A stretch of DNA of 64,000 nt from Balanoglossus misakiensis (GCA_040954595.2 CM082581.2:6626699-6690698), one strand, 5' to 3'. Shown: positions 42,801 through 55,308, numbered from the stretch's first letter. The notes: a model not told the origin generated them from the letters alone. Program-made: numbers and translations.

Positions 42801-45800
42801 TTCGATCAGTTCACTGAGAAGCCATTGGAAAAATTCAGGGAAAATCAATTCATCAGGTAAAAAATAAATGGCTATCAAAATTTGATGTCATGGCGGCTAG
42901 TTCAGATTATGCTCAGAATGTTGTGTTACAGTCATATTTGTTGATTACTGTAGTTTATTGACAGTTTGGGTGCCATGGTGTATGAGTGTCATATACCTAC
43001 ACAACCCAACAGTTCTCAGATGATCTCATGTCAAAATGTCAAACCTCTTTTCCCCTCCCCACAACAGGTGTTGTGTTTTAGACTGCTCGGACAAAGGCCA
43101 CATTGCGTTGTCTGCAAGGCCATCCAGACTTGGCAAGAAGACGCCACAGAAGACAGACCCTGATATTCAAAGTATTGGTGATGTCTCTGCCAATGACCTA
43201 GTCAAGGGGTATGTCCGGTACAGTTCGGATGTCGGACTCTTTATCAAGTGAGTTTTCTCTCTCAGATAATTTAAACAATTGCTTCATCTGTAAAACCTTA
43301 GAAGACTTTCCTGTGTCTTTTTGCCAAAGAGTTCTTTCCGAATTGATTCATAAAATTGTCTAAATACTAATACTTTTCTTGATTTTCTTTGACTAGTTTG
43401 TGCAGGAATTTACATGGCAGAGTTGAATTGAAGAACTTGTCGTCATACTATGTGAGGGATCACTCCAAAGCATTCCTGGTTGGACAGCTGGTTACTGCCA
43501 AAATTTTGAGGTAGAGTGACAAGTTGCCTTTTTCTTTCAAGATACCCACAACATCAAACTGGCTGCCAGTCAGACCCCCTAGCTAGGTTAGAATTATCCG
43601 CGCTACAATCTCTGTACAGAGAATGGGCAACATTATGCACAGGAAATCCTTCATGATTTTAAAGTGTGATGTCACTTTCTTAATACACAGTATCGACAAA
43701 GACAGACAGCAGATTGAGCTCTCCCTTCACCCAGACCACACCGGTCTGCAAGACCAGCTGGCCAAGGAGTACAGGGGCAGTCTGCGAGCCAGCCACGACA
43801 GCGCTAAACTGAAACATGCCGAACGGAGAAAGAAACTGCAGAAAAGGCGAAGAGACGAAGACGGGTCCGACAGTGGCATTGATGGCGTGATGAAAGATGC
43901 CATGGATTCAGATTCAGAAGTTGAGGTGAGTCCTCAGATTGAGCAGACAGCAGCGTATATAAATTACTGAGTGAACATATTTTTTATACTGGGGAAGTGT
44001 TCATTTTCAGTAGTTTTCATTTCACCAGGCACTTGCAGTGTATTGCGATGTACCACCAGAAATAATTTGCGGTGATGTTTGAGATGTATTTGAGCTGGGG
44101 GTGATCAGTGGATGACATAAAGTTGGAAAAAATAAAACCAGCCCATCATGCAAGCCACGCTGACCACCCCCTCTGGTCAACTTCATCATGACATCTTCCA
44201 CCCTCTTGCAGATTATCACGTCCCACAAATTGACAAAGGAATCCAAACTGCCTAGACTGGAAATTTCCGGATTCAACTGGGATGACAAACCTCTGACTAA
44301 CGAGAAGACGAGAGAAAAAGACGCATCGGATGAAAGCAGTGATGACGATGATGACAGTGATGTCAAAGAAAAGGTAATATTCTGTGATCAACTTTAACTC
44401 TTTCAGTTCCTTGCAGTATTGTACTCGTAAGCAACTCACATGGTCCAAATATGTTGAGAATTCATGTAAGACTGAACGGTCTGGTCTCTTGCAGCCACCA
44501 AAGAAGAAAACAAAGAAAGAGAAAATGCAGGAGAAAAAGGAAGAGGAGGCTATGTTATATAAGGTAAGTGGAGTTTCAACAGTTTTGTGAAAAAATCTTT
44601 TTTTTCCTTGCTGTTTAGTCCAATGGTTCTTGCGTGTAAAATCCTGTATTGGCAAATTGTACAGGAAATAATGGACAAAGGTGTCAAATTTCACACGGAC
44701 ATTACTCGTCCAATGCTTTGCAGTCAGTCATGTCACGTGACTGCACCTCCTCCAATCGCCAGTGACCGTATAGGTAACTGATGTGAAGTGAGGTTTCATC
44801 GTTGACTTTGCAGACAGAGAGAGCGCTGATGGACGCAGACCGGGCACCGGAGACGACGGACGATTTCGACCGACTCGTGGTCAGCTCTCCGGACAGCTCC
44901 ATAGTGTGGATACAGTACATGGCATTCCATTTACACACGACTGAAATAGACAAGGCCAGGGTGGTGGCAGAAAGAGCTCTCAAGACTATCTCATTTAGGT
45001 GAGTAGTGGGGGGGGGGGAGAACACAACAGTCTCTGTACTGTACTACAAACCTTAAAAAGTGAACTTTCCACCAAGAAAACGTCAGACATATCCATCTAC
45101 ATACAAATAGTGCATTGAGCATTGGAAACGCGTAATTGTACTCAGCTAAACAGATAGTGGATGCAATCAGTATAATTTATTAGAGTATACAAGATCATAC
45201 ACATACATGTTGTTGATCAAAAAACAATCCATTTTCACCCCACAGGGAAGAACAGGAGAAACTGAATGTGTGGGTGGCTTACATGAATCTCGAAAACTTG
45301 TACGGTACTGATGAAACGCTGGCCAAAGTGTTTGAGAGAGCCTTGCAGATGTGTGACCCCATCAAAGTCTTCAAAGCTCTGGTCAGCGTTTACACAAAAA
45401 CTGAGAAACTACAGGTAGGTGGCCATATTAGTTTTTGTTCAGATCTTTACCTTTGCACCATAAAATTCATTATGTCTCCTCTAACCAAGCACAACTACCT
45501 CCTCTCATTGCTGATATGTCACCCCTCCCCCTCTAACCCCCCACAGCAAGCAGAGCAACTGTACACGACCATGGTGAGGAGGTTCAGCCTGAACAAAGAT
45601 GTTTGGACAAGCTACGGAATGTTTCTGATGCTCGGCGGAAAGCAGGACGCGGCCAGAAAACTGATGCAGAGAAGTTTCAAGAGTTTGGAGAAGCAAGATC
45701 GTAAGTTGAACCGAGTGTCTCAATCAGTGCTTGAATAGAAATATTGCATGGCCCATTTGTTGTGTTGTTATTCTATCAACTATAACATGGCTTTTGAAAA

Positions 45801-46513
45801 ACCTTGACCAGACAGCACTTCAGGGGGTTCCCATCACCAGTAGGGATGTACCAGTCATTTTTCCCTGCTCACTGAACTCAACAGTATGCAAGTATTGGAA
45901 AATTCTCTACAATCATCCCCATCTTCTTTCACAGACATTGATGTGATCGTCAAGTTTGCGCAGTTTGAATTCAAGTTCGGAGAAGCGGAGAGAGGCAGAA
46001 CGATGTTTGAGAACACCCTGAGCAATTATCCCAAGAGAACCGACATTTGGTCAATATACATTGACATGATGATCAAGCAAGGCAATTCAGAAACTATAAG
46101 GTAAGTCCTCCAAAAAATCCTGTCAATTTTAACCCTTTCGCCCCCGTTCCCTCTATAGAGGTCCAAACTGACCATAGAAAACAATGGGTTTGGACTGAAC
46201 CATTATATTGATGATGAAAGGGTTTTTATTCAGTTTGAAAGGTAGGTCACCGAGGTAGACGTCGCATATTTGCGCTAAAATTGATGGGGAAAAAAGCTGT
46301 TTTTTCTGCTTGACTCAAATCTCTAAATCTCGTTTCAGGCAACTGTTTGAGAGAGTCATCCACCTCAATTTGTCCCCGAAGAAAATAAAGTTCTTCTTCA
46401 AGAGGTACTTGGACTTTGAGAAGAAACATGGCGACGAGGATACGGTCGGTGCTGTGAAGCAGAAAGCTTTGGAGTATGTGGAGTCCAAAACAGGAGTTGC
46501 TGAAATGGAATGA
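27824..46513 (+). CDS. PDCD11: Protein RRP5 homolog (tandem S1 domains plus C-terminal HAT repeats), more than 30 exons
   Basis: Starts [10 protein letters not shown]1 exons include [46 protein letters not shown] and [16 protein letters not shown]. The C-terminus has [76 protein letters not shown] and [25 protein letters not shown]. Confidence 0.97.
28350..28440. mobile_element. TTAA-MITE, degenerate copy in a PDCD11 intron
   Basis: TCCAAATCCATTGTTTTCTATGGTAAAGTTGGACC...GGGTGAAAGGGGTAA matches the core and right end of the 17376 copy. The left boundary is approximate. Confidence 0.65.
30881..31002. mobile_element. Probable Tc1/pogo-type MITE remnant in a PDCD11 intron
   Basis: Ends CAGTCAA...TTGACTG, with internal GGCCACCT repeats. 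Related AAAACCTGTC starts occur near 5579 and 52487. Confidence 0.35.
32220..32523 (+). other. U12-type (minor spliceosome) GT-AG intron in PDCD11
   Basis: 5' splice site GTATCCTTT at 32220; branch site TTCCTTGAC at 32502-32510, 13 nt before the end of the AG acceptor (32522-32523); no polypyrimidine tract. Splicing restores the frame (TKQTEL|IVTKKPSLI). Confidence 0.88.
34332..37421 (-). CDS. Toll-like receptor, multiple-cysteine-cluster (protostome/Toll-type), single coding exon, nested antisense in a PDCD11 intron
   Basis: 1029-aa ORF with a signal peptide, LRRNT, a long LRR array, LRRCT (NPLSCDC..C..P), an internal LRRNT ([10 protein letters not shown]), further LRRs, a second LRRCT (NAYVCDC), a TM helix and a TIR domain ([44 protein letters not shown]). 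It lies within PDCD11 intron 33906-40298. Confidence 0.97.
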   Translation of the reverse strand: MMKTRILHFLTFTLTVCGLSTTQTPSPPLTCIRGCTCQNSLVTTLVYDRIFCTADFVSLNEPTVLPPTLAVDLLGWSLPEPPNLTQLLVHTFYLTDLQLQLLPLYRITEETLPRLPNLAILNITFSETSLISAGALRHLRRLKLLGLRGNSFNMFPNALTCIGLQPCDTRVPNQLLSLNLGQNHLRRLPDNAFAHLVNLKVLSLPMNQLKGLREDTFAPLRNLTFLDLNGNRIEDLPAGIFQNLTNLQVLYLGSNHLGTLNSNVFRSLGNLMVLDLSLNQLTTLPVDIFAGLGKLQELNLKFNFLTLPGDVFRGLHALTSIDVSENYHSWLFRSVFPTDLFRNLPSLQTLSLKQTGVQSLENLTFDGCTILSKLDLSLNFIREIPRHVIHRVNAPYLTYITFQGNNISTLSEYAFAQSDSLTEIDLSHNHLITVPRRAFYQLAKLETLDLSHNSLVYFNDASLYHLPNLKHLKLNDNQLKNLNLFHDARSTGLINTQWTLYLYMDANPLSCDCDMFAVLFNETGFLKIRDFVNLVFVPSLSNLQCRSPSRLLGKTIAFVDIGDFWCEVPQLCPVNCTCNRVALETSVFITNCSFRGFRDLPRGIWPNTTVLQLQGNELARVSKGWFADLANLRELNLAFNSIAWIQEGALEPLFGLTYLDLSFNELSEISGSEFTALSDLEDLYLDHNNISRIGAYSFANLGKLVFLMLNNNRLAYLDVDLFNDTTALKMLGLHSNAYVCDCQLEWVDMKDWMLQHKAVVPYLSDVNCTTPHEINSTDVWSVLQLTAADLGCNATATDRPRPIQLTDTQSRVIAGVLGLTAVVMVAAAVAFRFRNTARVVIYNVTGWRIMEKPEAFEENKTYDAFLSFSSQDLRWVKNELLKNLEEHDPPYKVCIHHRDFVVGGCIAESIVEAVEQSSRTILVLTNNFLQSEWCSYEFSQAHHQVLTDKSSRLIVLYMEDIDPDKLDKQLKTFLETNTYLEKDDPLFWEKLYYAMPHVKHIRKLNRPKRERRVPRAPDREMLEIQDEVM
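39442..39782 (-). promoter_or_regulatory. Probable non-coding first exon and TATA region of the nested TLR
   Basis: Minus-strand donor GTAAGT at ~39441, a (TA)n TATA-like run at ~39770-39782, and a matching acceptor TTTCCAG at ~37692 ahead of the TLR ATG. Confidence 0.35.
42475..42567. mobile_element. TTAA-flanked MITE copy
   Basis: TTAACCCTTTCACC...GGGGTGAAAGCGTTAA with the same internal core as 17376. Confidence 0.8.
46129..46224. mobile_element. TTAA-flanked MITE copy (orientation as at 5266)
   Basis: TTAACCCTTTCGCCCCCGTTCC..ACCATAGAAAACAATGGGTTTGGA..TGAAAGGGTT. Confidence 0.75.
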
Positions 46514-47099
46514 ATTTTGAAAAAAAGGTGTAGCTGGAAAGTCACCAGTACTCTGTTATGCTGCGGATGGGTTTTACAGGGTGCAATATGGTCGGGTCAA
46601 CTTGTTGATGGAACGGGAATGAATGATTTTTTTTATTTTTGTTGTTGGACTGACTGTCCTGTAGATCAATGCGAAGTCAAATTTCACTTGAAAGAGTGAC
46701 AAAAATGTTATCAATCAGCAAATGTTGAATATCTCATAAATAGATGCACCTGGCACGTTTATCTCATCCATCATTTTTACCAAAACCAATAAAATATTTA
46801 AAAACACTTGCAAAAGATGTGTGCAAATGTGACAGTGTCTCATTCCTTTAGTTTATTTGCTCCGTTCCTTTGCTGTAAAGAATGCAGCCATTACATTAAT
46901 CCAGAATTTTACAAAAATTAGTTTTATTTCATGGAAATCTCCACAATAGGAGGGAAAAAACTTGACATTGCCATTGTCAGAACACAGTGCATGTCGATCC
47001 CAGTGTTTTTATCATTTATTGTTCACTGTGAACTCAGTTGCCATTTCATTTCATTGTATCTCATCGGCCCTGGTGTCTTGCTTTCTCGTCAGGACTGTC

Positions 47100-50000
47100 T
47101 CAAGACACAGCGGCCACATCCCCATTGGTGATCTGCATCATCATCGTCTTGGGCTTCTTCCCGCTCATGTACTCCGATTCCGACACGCCGCATTTCTCCA
47201 TCAGGCCCCTGGCCGCCTCGTCCAGCTCTTCCCATTTCTTCTTCTGGAAGATCAGCCCGCCTTTGTTTCCCTTTCGGAACAACTTACCCAGGCCGAGATT
47301 GGCCAGCTTCTTCATGAAGAACTTCGCCGCTGGTGCAGCGTACCTGAGAAGCCATGATAAAACAGATGTGTGGTCACATATCCAACCGGGTAAACCCATG
47401 AGAGAGTACTGTAACATATTATAATTATCTATACATCATACATCCATCCATGTACAACCATACTGGTACATTTCAAGCCTACATGTATATGAATAGGTAA
47501 ATGCCAGCTGGTATAAGCAGATGGTAGCTTAAGAGGCTTAAAGTACACAAATATAGACAAACCTGTTCTTTCCTGGGCCAGGGGTATCATACGGTGGCAT
47601 CATATGAACCTGCATCACTTTACTGGAATGAATGAACTCTCCATCGTGAATCACGAAGCTACGAATATTGTTCTCGCAGTTCTCCGGGAATTTGGGATAC
47701 TGGCTCTCGTAGTATTCCTCGAGTTCGTCCGGATCTAGGGCGGAGTAGGTGGCGCGGTTGCGGCAGTAGGCCAGCGACACAGGCTCGTCGCTGTCGGCGA
47801 CGACCTCCTGCTGCAGGACGGGAATCTTGGGGTTGGGGACGCCGTCGCTGATCTGATGCATGTTGATGTTGAGCTTGATCTCCTCGGGCATGAGAGTCAG
47901 CTTCTGCAGCAGGAAGCATTCGGTGAGATAGGCAGCCGCTGTGGCCACGTCCGAGCTGATGGTCGACGAATGCCAGCTGAGATCGGCCGCGTCCACCGGC
48001 GAGGACGACCGCAGGGGGTCGTCGTTCCTGCTGTAGGCCGCTTCCACCGCGCCGTTCAGGGCTTGGACTATCATGCACAGGCGGACGAAATGACTCCTCG
48101 CCCTGGCAACGACCAGTCGCCGATTCTCGTCGAAGGCCGATTCCCGCTTCTTCGCCGCCAGCGCGTTGAGGTACGACCGGGCTATGAGCAGGGCGTCCTC
48201 GCTGAACTCGTAAGTCACGGCGTCCCCGCTGTGGGCCTCTCTGACCAGCAGCAGCACGTCTTGGAAAGACGGCGTCTCCTTGCTCACCGCACTCAAGTCT
48301 TCCATTAGGGCGTCCTTCTCTGCGGGGCAAGAGACTAGCAGATTGGCAGAGAGGTCCTCGATGCATTCGGCATTCAAGTGTCTCACTAACGACTTGGAGT
48401 CCACGAAACCGGTAAAACTCAAAGACGTCCGGCAGTCTTCTTCGAAGCCTTCTTCAGTCAGACCGTCCCCGTCATGTAAACCCGCAAACCTCTTCTGGTC
48501 AAGGTTACTCTTCTGGCGGAGTTCTTCGTAGAGAAGTTCAAGGTCACTGGCGAAACAGAGCAGCTGACTCTCATTGGCGGATAAGACCTCGTACGTTTCG
48601 TCCAAGGAACTGAAATTCGTGAACAGTTTCCGGCCTGGCTTCTGAATCCCAGGCTCGGCCAACGCCGCAAAGGTGAAGAAATTTGGCCCGTGATCTTGGA
48701 CCGGGAGGCTCTTCTGCAGGGCCTTCAACTCGCCCAGCAGCTTCTTGCTCGCCGGGGTCGTCTCTTCCCCTCTCCTGGCCGCGACAGCACTCCACAGAAC
48801 GCAAGGTTCCTTCCAGCAGGGAGTCACCAAGCACTCCGCCTTCTTTCCCATCAAACTGGCAGTCGCGGAGAGCAGCGGAATGAGGAAGAACTCGTCCGGA
48901 CACCCAAAGGCGTTGGAATAGGTCAGGATGAAGTTTGTCAGTTTGGGCACTCTCAACTGCATGGGGTCCACGTGTATGCTCCATGCTTGAGCAACTTTAG
49001 TGTAGTAGTTTATGTTGTCCATACCGGCTGATGCTTGTGAAGATGCAGACCTGGAAAAACAAAAATGTAGATATAAATATAGCATTAGTACATGTATATA
49101 CAAAGCTGTCAAACAAAGGCTGTCGATGGGGATTATTGTGTACTCAATCCAGTCTACTGTTTAATTTTTATACACTGATGAATGGCATAAAGACATGAAT
49201 AGGCAATGTACTCACTCTGGAGCAACTCTCATCCTCTTTGTGCCAGTGTCATTGGTGACAGAGTAGCTGGTTTGTGGAGTTAGCGGCGCTTTTTGTTGGT
49301 GTGATGTTGATCTCCTGGTAGCCGGGCCCTCACTGTTGTTGACATAGTGGTTTGGTGAGCCGTTGTACAAATGCAATGCATTCCTGTGAAATGTAAAGGT
49401 TTACATCTTTCAATAAGTCCACCAAAAGAGGGCGCACTGCACACTCTACACATAGCAGAAAACAATGAAAGTAGAGGTTAAAGGTTAAAAAAACGCTTTT
49501 CAACTTACACTTCCTTGTCTTTTAACATTGACACTTGTCCATCTTCAACACTATGCACACTGACCTGAAAGAAAAAATCTACAGATTTACCCATTGAAAA
49601 AAAGAAAAAGAAATTTAATACATATTAACTTGTTATATTATGATCTTGACCGCTAGTTAAACAAAAAGAAAACTCTTTAGTCCGATAACTATAAAGAAAC
49701 GATATGAAAATAAGTTATTTTACAGTATTTAGGTTAAATTGTTGTCTGAAAATGAAAAAAAATGGAGGTAATACCGGCACTGGCTGTCGCAGACATCGAC
49801 TTTTCTCTTTGGCTTCTTTTAAAGTATTAATTAAATACTGGATTGGTTCCTCTGGACGATCTTGCAATAATCTATTCATTAGATCCTGCAAGTGAAATTA
49901 ACATGTAAATGTAATTTGATCGGTTGGTTGCCAGGTTTCTGGTTGGTTGACCATGGTTATAAAGTGAATTGTTCATTTCAATAATTGACTAGCTAAAAGT

Positions 50001-50539
50001 CATTGCGTAATTTTAAAATGATTGAATGATGGACCAGTATAACAATGGCAAGTAAAACTTTCTTGGATTTCTTTAATTTGCTACGTTGTCTATTCCAAAC
50101 AAAAAGTTTATATTTTACATTCCGTAGTAAAGAAAATAGTGCTTTTATAGATTATGAGCCGTGTCCGTCTACTTTTGCAAATAATTTGATGCATGCATAC
50201 CCCCCACGAAGTCGCAGCAGCCATTGTTGTCTAGCTCTTGCTCGCGCATTAGCGATATTTTTGAATTATCGAAAGAGTTTAGAGTTAGAACATTTGATTA
50301 AAAAATTAAAAGAACTTTAAAGTGCATAAATAGAACAAGAATTTTGGGTCAGGGGCGAATTGAAATCTTATGAATCGACTCATTATCGCGAAAGAATACG
50401 GCTGCTAACGCGCTGCTTTCTAACGCGAATGGCAATGCTAATTTCGTCGCGATTGCTTGCTACTCACGTTAAACAAGCCGTCCAATCCATGACGCTTAAT
50501 ATAATCGTCCCCCGGTGGCACTGCAGACAGCCGATTCAT
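47100..50539 (-). CDS. Uncharacterised ~710-aa protein: N-terminal RIIa/Dpy-30 dimerisation-docking motif plus a degenerate DUF3987-like P-loop domain
   Basis: Six in-frame GT-AG exons: 50468-50539, 49775-49885, 49509-49564, 49216-49383, 47563-49050, 47100-47343. The N-terminus reads DDYIKRHGLDGLFNDLMNRLLQDRPEEPIQYLINTLK. The large exon has FFLIPLLSATASLMG...WKEPCVLWSAVAARRGEETTPA and SLSFTGFVD. The domain calls are by eye. Confidence 0.75.
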
Positions 50540-50854
50540 TTTTTTATCTATGCTGTTACACAAAATTCTTCATCGGTGAGCCCAAAATGCCAGTTTGAGA
50601 GAGCGTGCGAATTTGCAGTGGAACCAGAATCTCGAGGTCCTCTCTCTCTCTCGATCTCGACGGCGAAGGATAGGGTCATCTCAGGGTCATGACGCAAGCG
50701 CAGAATTGAGGCCGACAGACGCAGACGATCACACAGGCCAGCCGGTTTCGTTGTCAGAAAATTGTTGGCGCATCAGTTTGACAGATCGCACCGAGAAACC
50801 CTACCGTCTAGACAACAACTTTGACCGCAGCCACTAATCGGAGTACAAGATATA

Positions 50855-52747
50855 ATGTTTTGTGGGAAAAGACGGCGTGAGCTGGAACGTTTCGAAACCT
50901 CAACCATTGTTGTTGATCAACACATGGATGATATCAACATTTCAGCTGTGAGTACTGCACAATGCAATGTCGCTACATAGTTTTAGTTTGCCGATCGTAC
51001 TCGAAATTGCATGTCGACATAGTTGCTGATATTAAACTCTCCATTTAGTTCATTATTTACTGTAATTTCCGCGGCTTGCGCCAACTGTGGAATGGACTCA
51101 ATGGAATGACAAAGAAAGGCGGCCATTTCAAATTTGAATTTAAATCTCGATGTTGAATGGCCGTTTGAATTGACAATCATGAATGTAAACACTCCGTTCA
51201 GTGGTACAGTATCATCATGTAATTTGAGAGACAATGTCTATTTCAATTTCTTGCCATACTGCCGGTGTGAATTCGGTCAAAATAAATCTTTTCACCGCTG
51301 GTTTCGCTGCGTCCGTGTGATGTTGCGTTCAATTCATGTCACACGGAAGCTAATTTTGGAAACGCCACTTCCGGAAATATAAATTGGTGTGAATTATGGT
51401 ATCCCGTTGATAAGACTTCAAGGACAGTGAATAACACTACGTGATCAAATTGTCATGCGGCCTTCGGCGATCACCTGAGATGAACTTTTAGAGATCCACA
51501 GTAAAGCACATTGACATTGTTATTGTTTCTTTGTTAAGTGGATTGTTGTTTTTCCTTCAGAATAGACAATTTGGCTCAACAGTGCTAATTAACACTTCAG
51601 CTCTTTGCAAAGAGGAACATATAAACGCTGGTTTTTCAGTGTTTCCCAAATCCCGTCAGTGACAAACTGTTGAGATGAGGACTGGAAGAGTATTGTGGAA
51701 ATATTCATTTGTGGAGTAGAAGGGGGTAACCGGTTGATTAAGAAGTTTTAAAACTATATGGTCAATCATGCTTTTATTTTTCATCCTTCAATTAGAAAAG
51801 AACTTGTGATGGAGTGTCATCAATGCCAGCCTTCCTGGAAAACACAAATGGAATTCCATATATGAGCGGAAAACTGGACAATCCCGTACCGGGTGCTGGA
51901 ATCTCAGGGCTGAACAGTGAAACAATGGGTGCTTCCTACAAACCAACCAATCAGAGTACACCGGCTGCAGGGCCAGTGCAAGGCCAAAGGTCAACATCCT
52001 GCCAGTGCAGTGTTTGCACTGGAACCCGCATTGTGGGACCGTATGAGGTGGTCCCGGACGGAATCCTGTCAAATTTTAATAATAACTGCAACACAGTACA
52101 GTCTATGGAAGTCATCCCAGATGTTGATATGCAAATGGACTCTTCATCACCAGTGCAGGTAAAGTATTTATGAATGACTCCTTCTACTCTCATTGTACAA
52201 CATTATAATGACTATACATTCATTTATGGATACAGCTTTCAAGAATTTTTAAAATCCTGACCCTAGCACATGTTGATTTTGAATACCAAATGTATCCAGT
52301 GTTTATACCTAACGGATCTTTTATAAACTGATTTGCTGAAAAACACAGTTTCTTTGCCTTCAGAGATACCTATCACCATTACTTTTTACCTTCTGTTTTG
52401 CTTACAGCTGACACCTGCAAGGCGACGTAGCTGTGCTCGATGTGTTGCCGGTGAACCTGTGAGTAATAACTTCATACATTATACAGTAAAACCTGTCCAA
52501 ACCCTGTCTTATTCTTGGAGTTGTGTGATTGTACTCATTTAAACTGGTTACTGATTGAGTTAGCATATTACTAACGACATTCATATCAGCTGCTTTGCAA
52601 AGTGTGTACTATGTATTACAAGTTTGGTGTGTCAAGTAAAGCCAGCTATCTCATGAAAAACTTCTCATCAAAACTTGGGATAGACAGAGTGATACATGTA
52701 ACAGTACTTTTCCTCAACAGGGCCACATCACACATATACTGGAATGA
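50855..52747 (+). CDS. C10orf143: C10orf143-like small protein
   Basis: Exons 50855-50947 (MFCGKRRREL..DINISA), 51796-52158 (KRTCDG...), 52408-52458 (LTPARRRSCARCVAGEP) and 52721-52747 (GHITHILE*), all phase 0. The C-terminal C.RC.AGE.GH..H motif and the upstream KR.C recall vertebrate C10orf143. Confidence 0.8.
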
Positions 52748-55308
52748 TAAGCCAGCAGGAAGAGAACCTTCATTGTGAAGAGTGTTCAAGGGACAGTGTA
52801 CTTAACACATGCCGGATCCACAGATCACATAAAAACTGGTGGCCGCATGACCAAAGAAACCACCTTTACCTTATATACAGATACATCTATGACAACAACC
52901 TTCCGTTGCAACATTTTTTATCAAATCTGCCACAAAATCAAATCTTGAGCATCAGTCAAAAATTGTTTTCAGCTTTGATGAGGCTTCCCACACCTTGAAA
53001 GGGAGATATAGGTTTAGACAGCACTGCCTAAAACCAGGCAGGTTATAATATGCACAGTGCAATATACAGATGTCTGGATTTATTGTAAATTATTTGAAAA
53101 GATGTTTTTAGACTAGTTTGTTTTCTGGAGTATCTCCTTGGTGTACAATTACATTTTGTAACTAGTGACTGTTTTCTACATTTTTACATAAACTATTCAT
53201 AGTTTCTGGCAGAATCAGCTCTACCAATGTCCACCTGGCAGAACAGGACAATGGCCCAGTACACTTTATAAAACTGTCACTTGTTAAAAATCTGACAGTA
53301 CTGTACAGAGACATAGCTTTATGTACTATGATAGACATTTTATCATTCAGAGATTTTATGATGTTGGAGTCATATATCTACCTGAAGTACTGATCAATAA
53401 TTTTTCCACACTGTATTCAAGTTGTGCAAGGTGCACCGTACTGCATAAGATCTACAGAAGCTTTAAAATCAAAATGATTATCCATTTTATTTCAGGGATT
53501 TTACATGTAAAAATGTCAGAGTTTTTACCTTTTTCAGAATATTTATTTGGCCAGACTGTTGGCCATAGTCTTTGTTAGAATTTGTGGATGTTTCTAACTT
53601 ACTGTGCACAGTGTCAATTACAAAACTGATTTTACATTAATTATGTAAAATGACAAGTTCTTTCCTCCGAGAGGAAGTGCCACCAATCAGGAAGTTAACA
53701 GCAAACCATATGGGAATGGTATTGCTTTAACTCAATTGAATACAATGTACATGTACTTGAAAGAAACCATGTACATGTATTACAAATATTCAAACGCTGA
53801 CTATAGTAAAGATTTATCCAATGACATGCTGAAATACTAATAATAGGTATTTTAATAGATATTTTCTTCAAATCCCCTAGATAGTTTTTTTTTGTGTTTG
53901 ACCATCTTTTTTATATTATTTGTTTCATGTTTTAAACTGGTTTGTTTGCCTTTTCCAGTTTTGTCACAGTTTATTTTTGTATTGGCACAGAAATGTTTAA
54001 ACACATAAAGCTTCTTTTTATAGAGTATGTGAGTTTTCTGTTTGTTAAAGTGTTCTTTGATGTTTATTTCAATAAACAGTCTTTTAAACAATCTTGCAAC
54101 TATTGATTTGCCGATTTCTTGGAATGACCTTTGACCTCAATCATTTTTCGCTTCACCCCAGGCAATGATATCAGATCAATGTCATAAGATCCGGTATTTG
54201 AGTTGTATACCCCAACAACTACACGCTTGTTTAATTTCTGTAAATCGATTTTGATCCTAAAAGGATAGCAGGAAATGAACATCAAGAGGGAAAACGAGCC
54301 ATTGATGGTGATGCATCGAATTAATTTCACCTTTTTTTTGGGGGGGGGGGGGGCGTCAAAATTCCCAATCTGATTAGAATCAGACATGGGCCATAGGGTC
54401 ACCTTTGTTGATTCTTGGCTGTTCTGTTCTACGGCTTATTCTTGACTGTTCTGAAGCAAGAAATCAGCAAAAAGAAAGATCGAGCCAACCCTGTATCTTG
54501 TTATAATCATATTGAGTCTCTCCACACAGAGTGGGACTGTGTCCAAACTTGGCTGTTTTGTTTTCCGCTTTGTTCACTCACACAAGGCTGGATTCCAGAC
54601 TACTCTACGGACGTGGCTAATACACGACCTTTGACATACGACAGCTGTGGCTCTGACACCGCCATGCCACTAGCAGCATTTCGACATCGGCTTCAAATGT
54701 TTTCCTGGTTACTGGCAATTCTGGTGGTAAGTTTAGCTCTGCGTACAGGTGACGTGTGCTCCCGGTGTTACACATCCTCCACCATGTAATGCCGCGAACA
54801 CAGACCTGTACGCAGGCTAGCGGTAAGTGTAACTTAGCCGGCCATGCATGACCTTCTAGCTAACTGTGAATATGGCTCTTTATACGTACAATCGTTGCTA
54901 CGAATAGGTATCGGTAGCCTGTTATTACCAACAGACACGCAACCCCTCGCTGCGTTAGCGTTAGAAACTTGACTTTATTCACAAAACTAAACCACGTACA
55001 GCCACAACGTTAACCCTAACCTTCGGCACCTGAGTACAGTCCAAGGTCAGCTCGTCTGGCAGTACAATTCTTGAGATCCCAAAGAGCAAAAATGTACACC
55101 ATGGTGAAACGTGAAAACATGTGAAATTAATACTATCAGATTGAAAACATTTTTTCTATTTTCTATTTTCCTACTCGATCAACAGGAACCAGAGATCCCA
55201 TGTCATAGGTCGAAAATAGTCAGCAGACCCTATCCCACAGGTTGCATGTTAGTCCCATGTTGATATTAAACCAATGCATTTTATCTCTCCTGAAGTGTTG
55301 GACCAATT

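Noticed and set aside
47659-48984. Overlapping 137-235 aa ORFs in other frames of the DUF3987-like exon
   Set aside because: They are Arg/Gly/Pro-rich shadow frames of GC-rich coding DNA.
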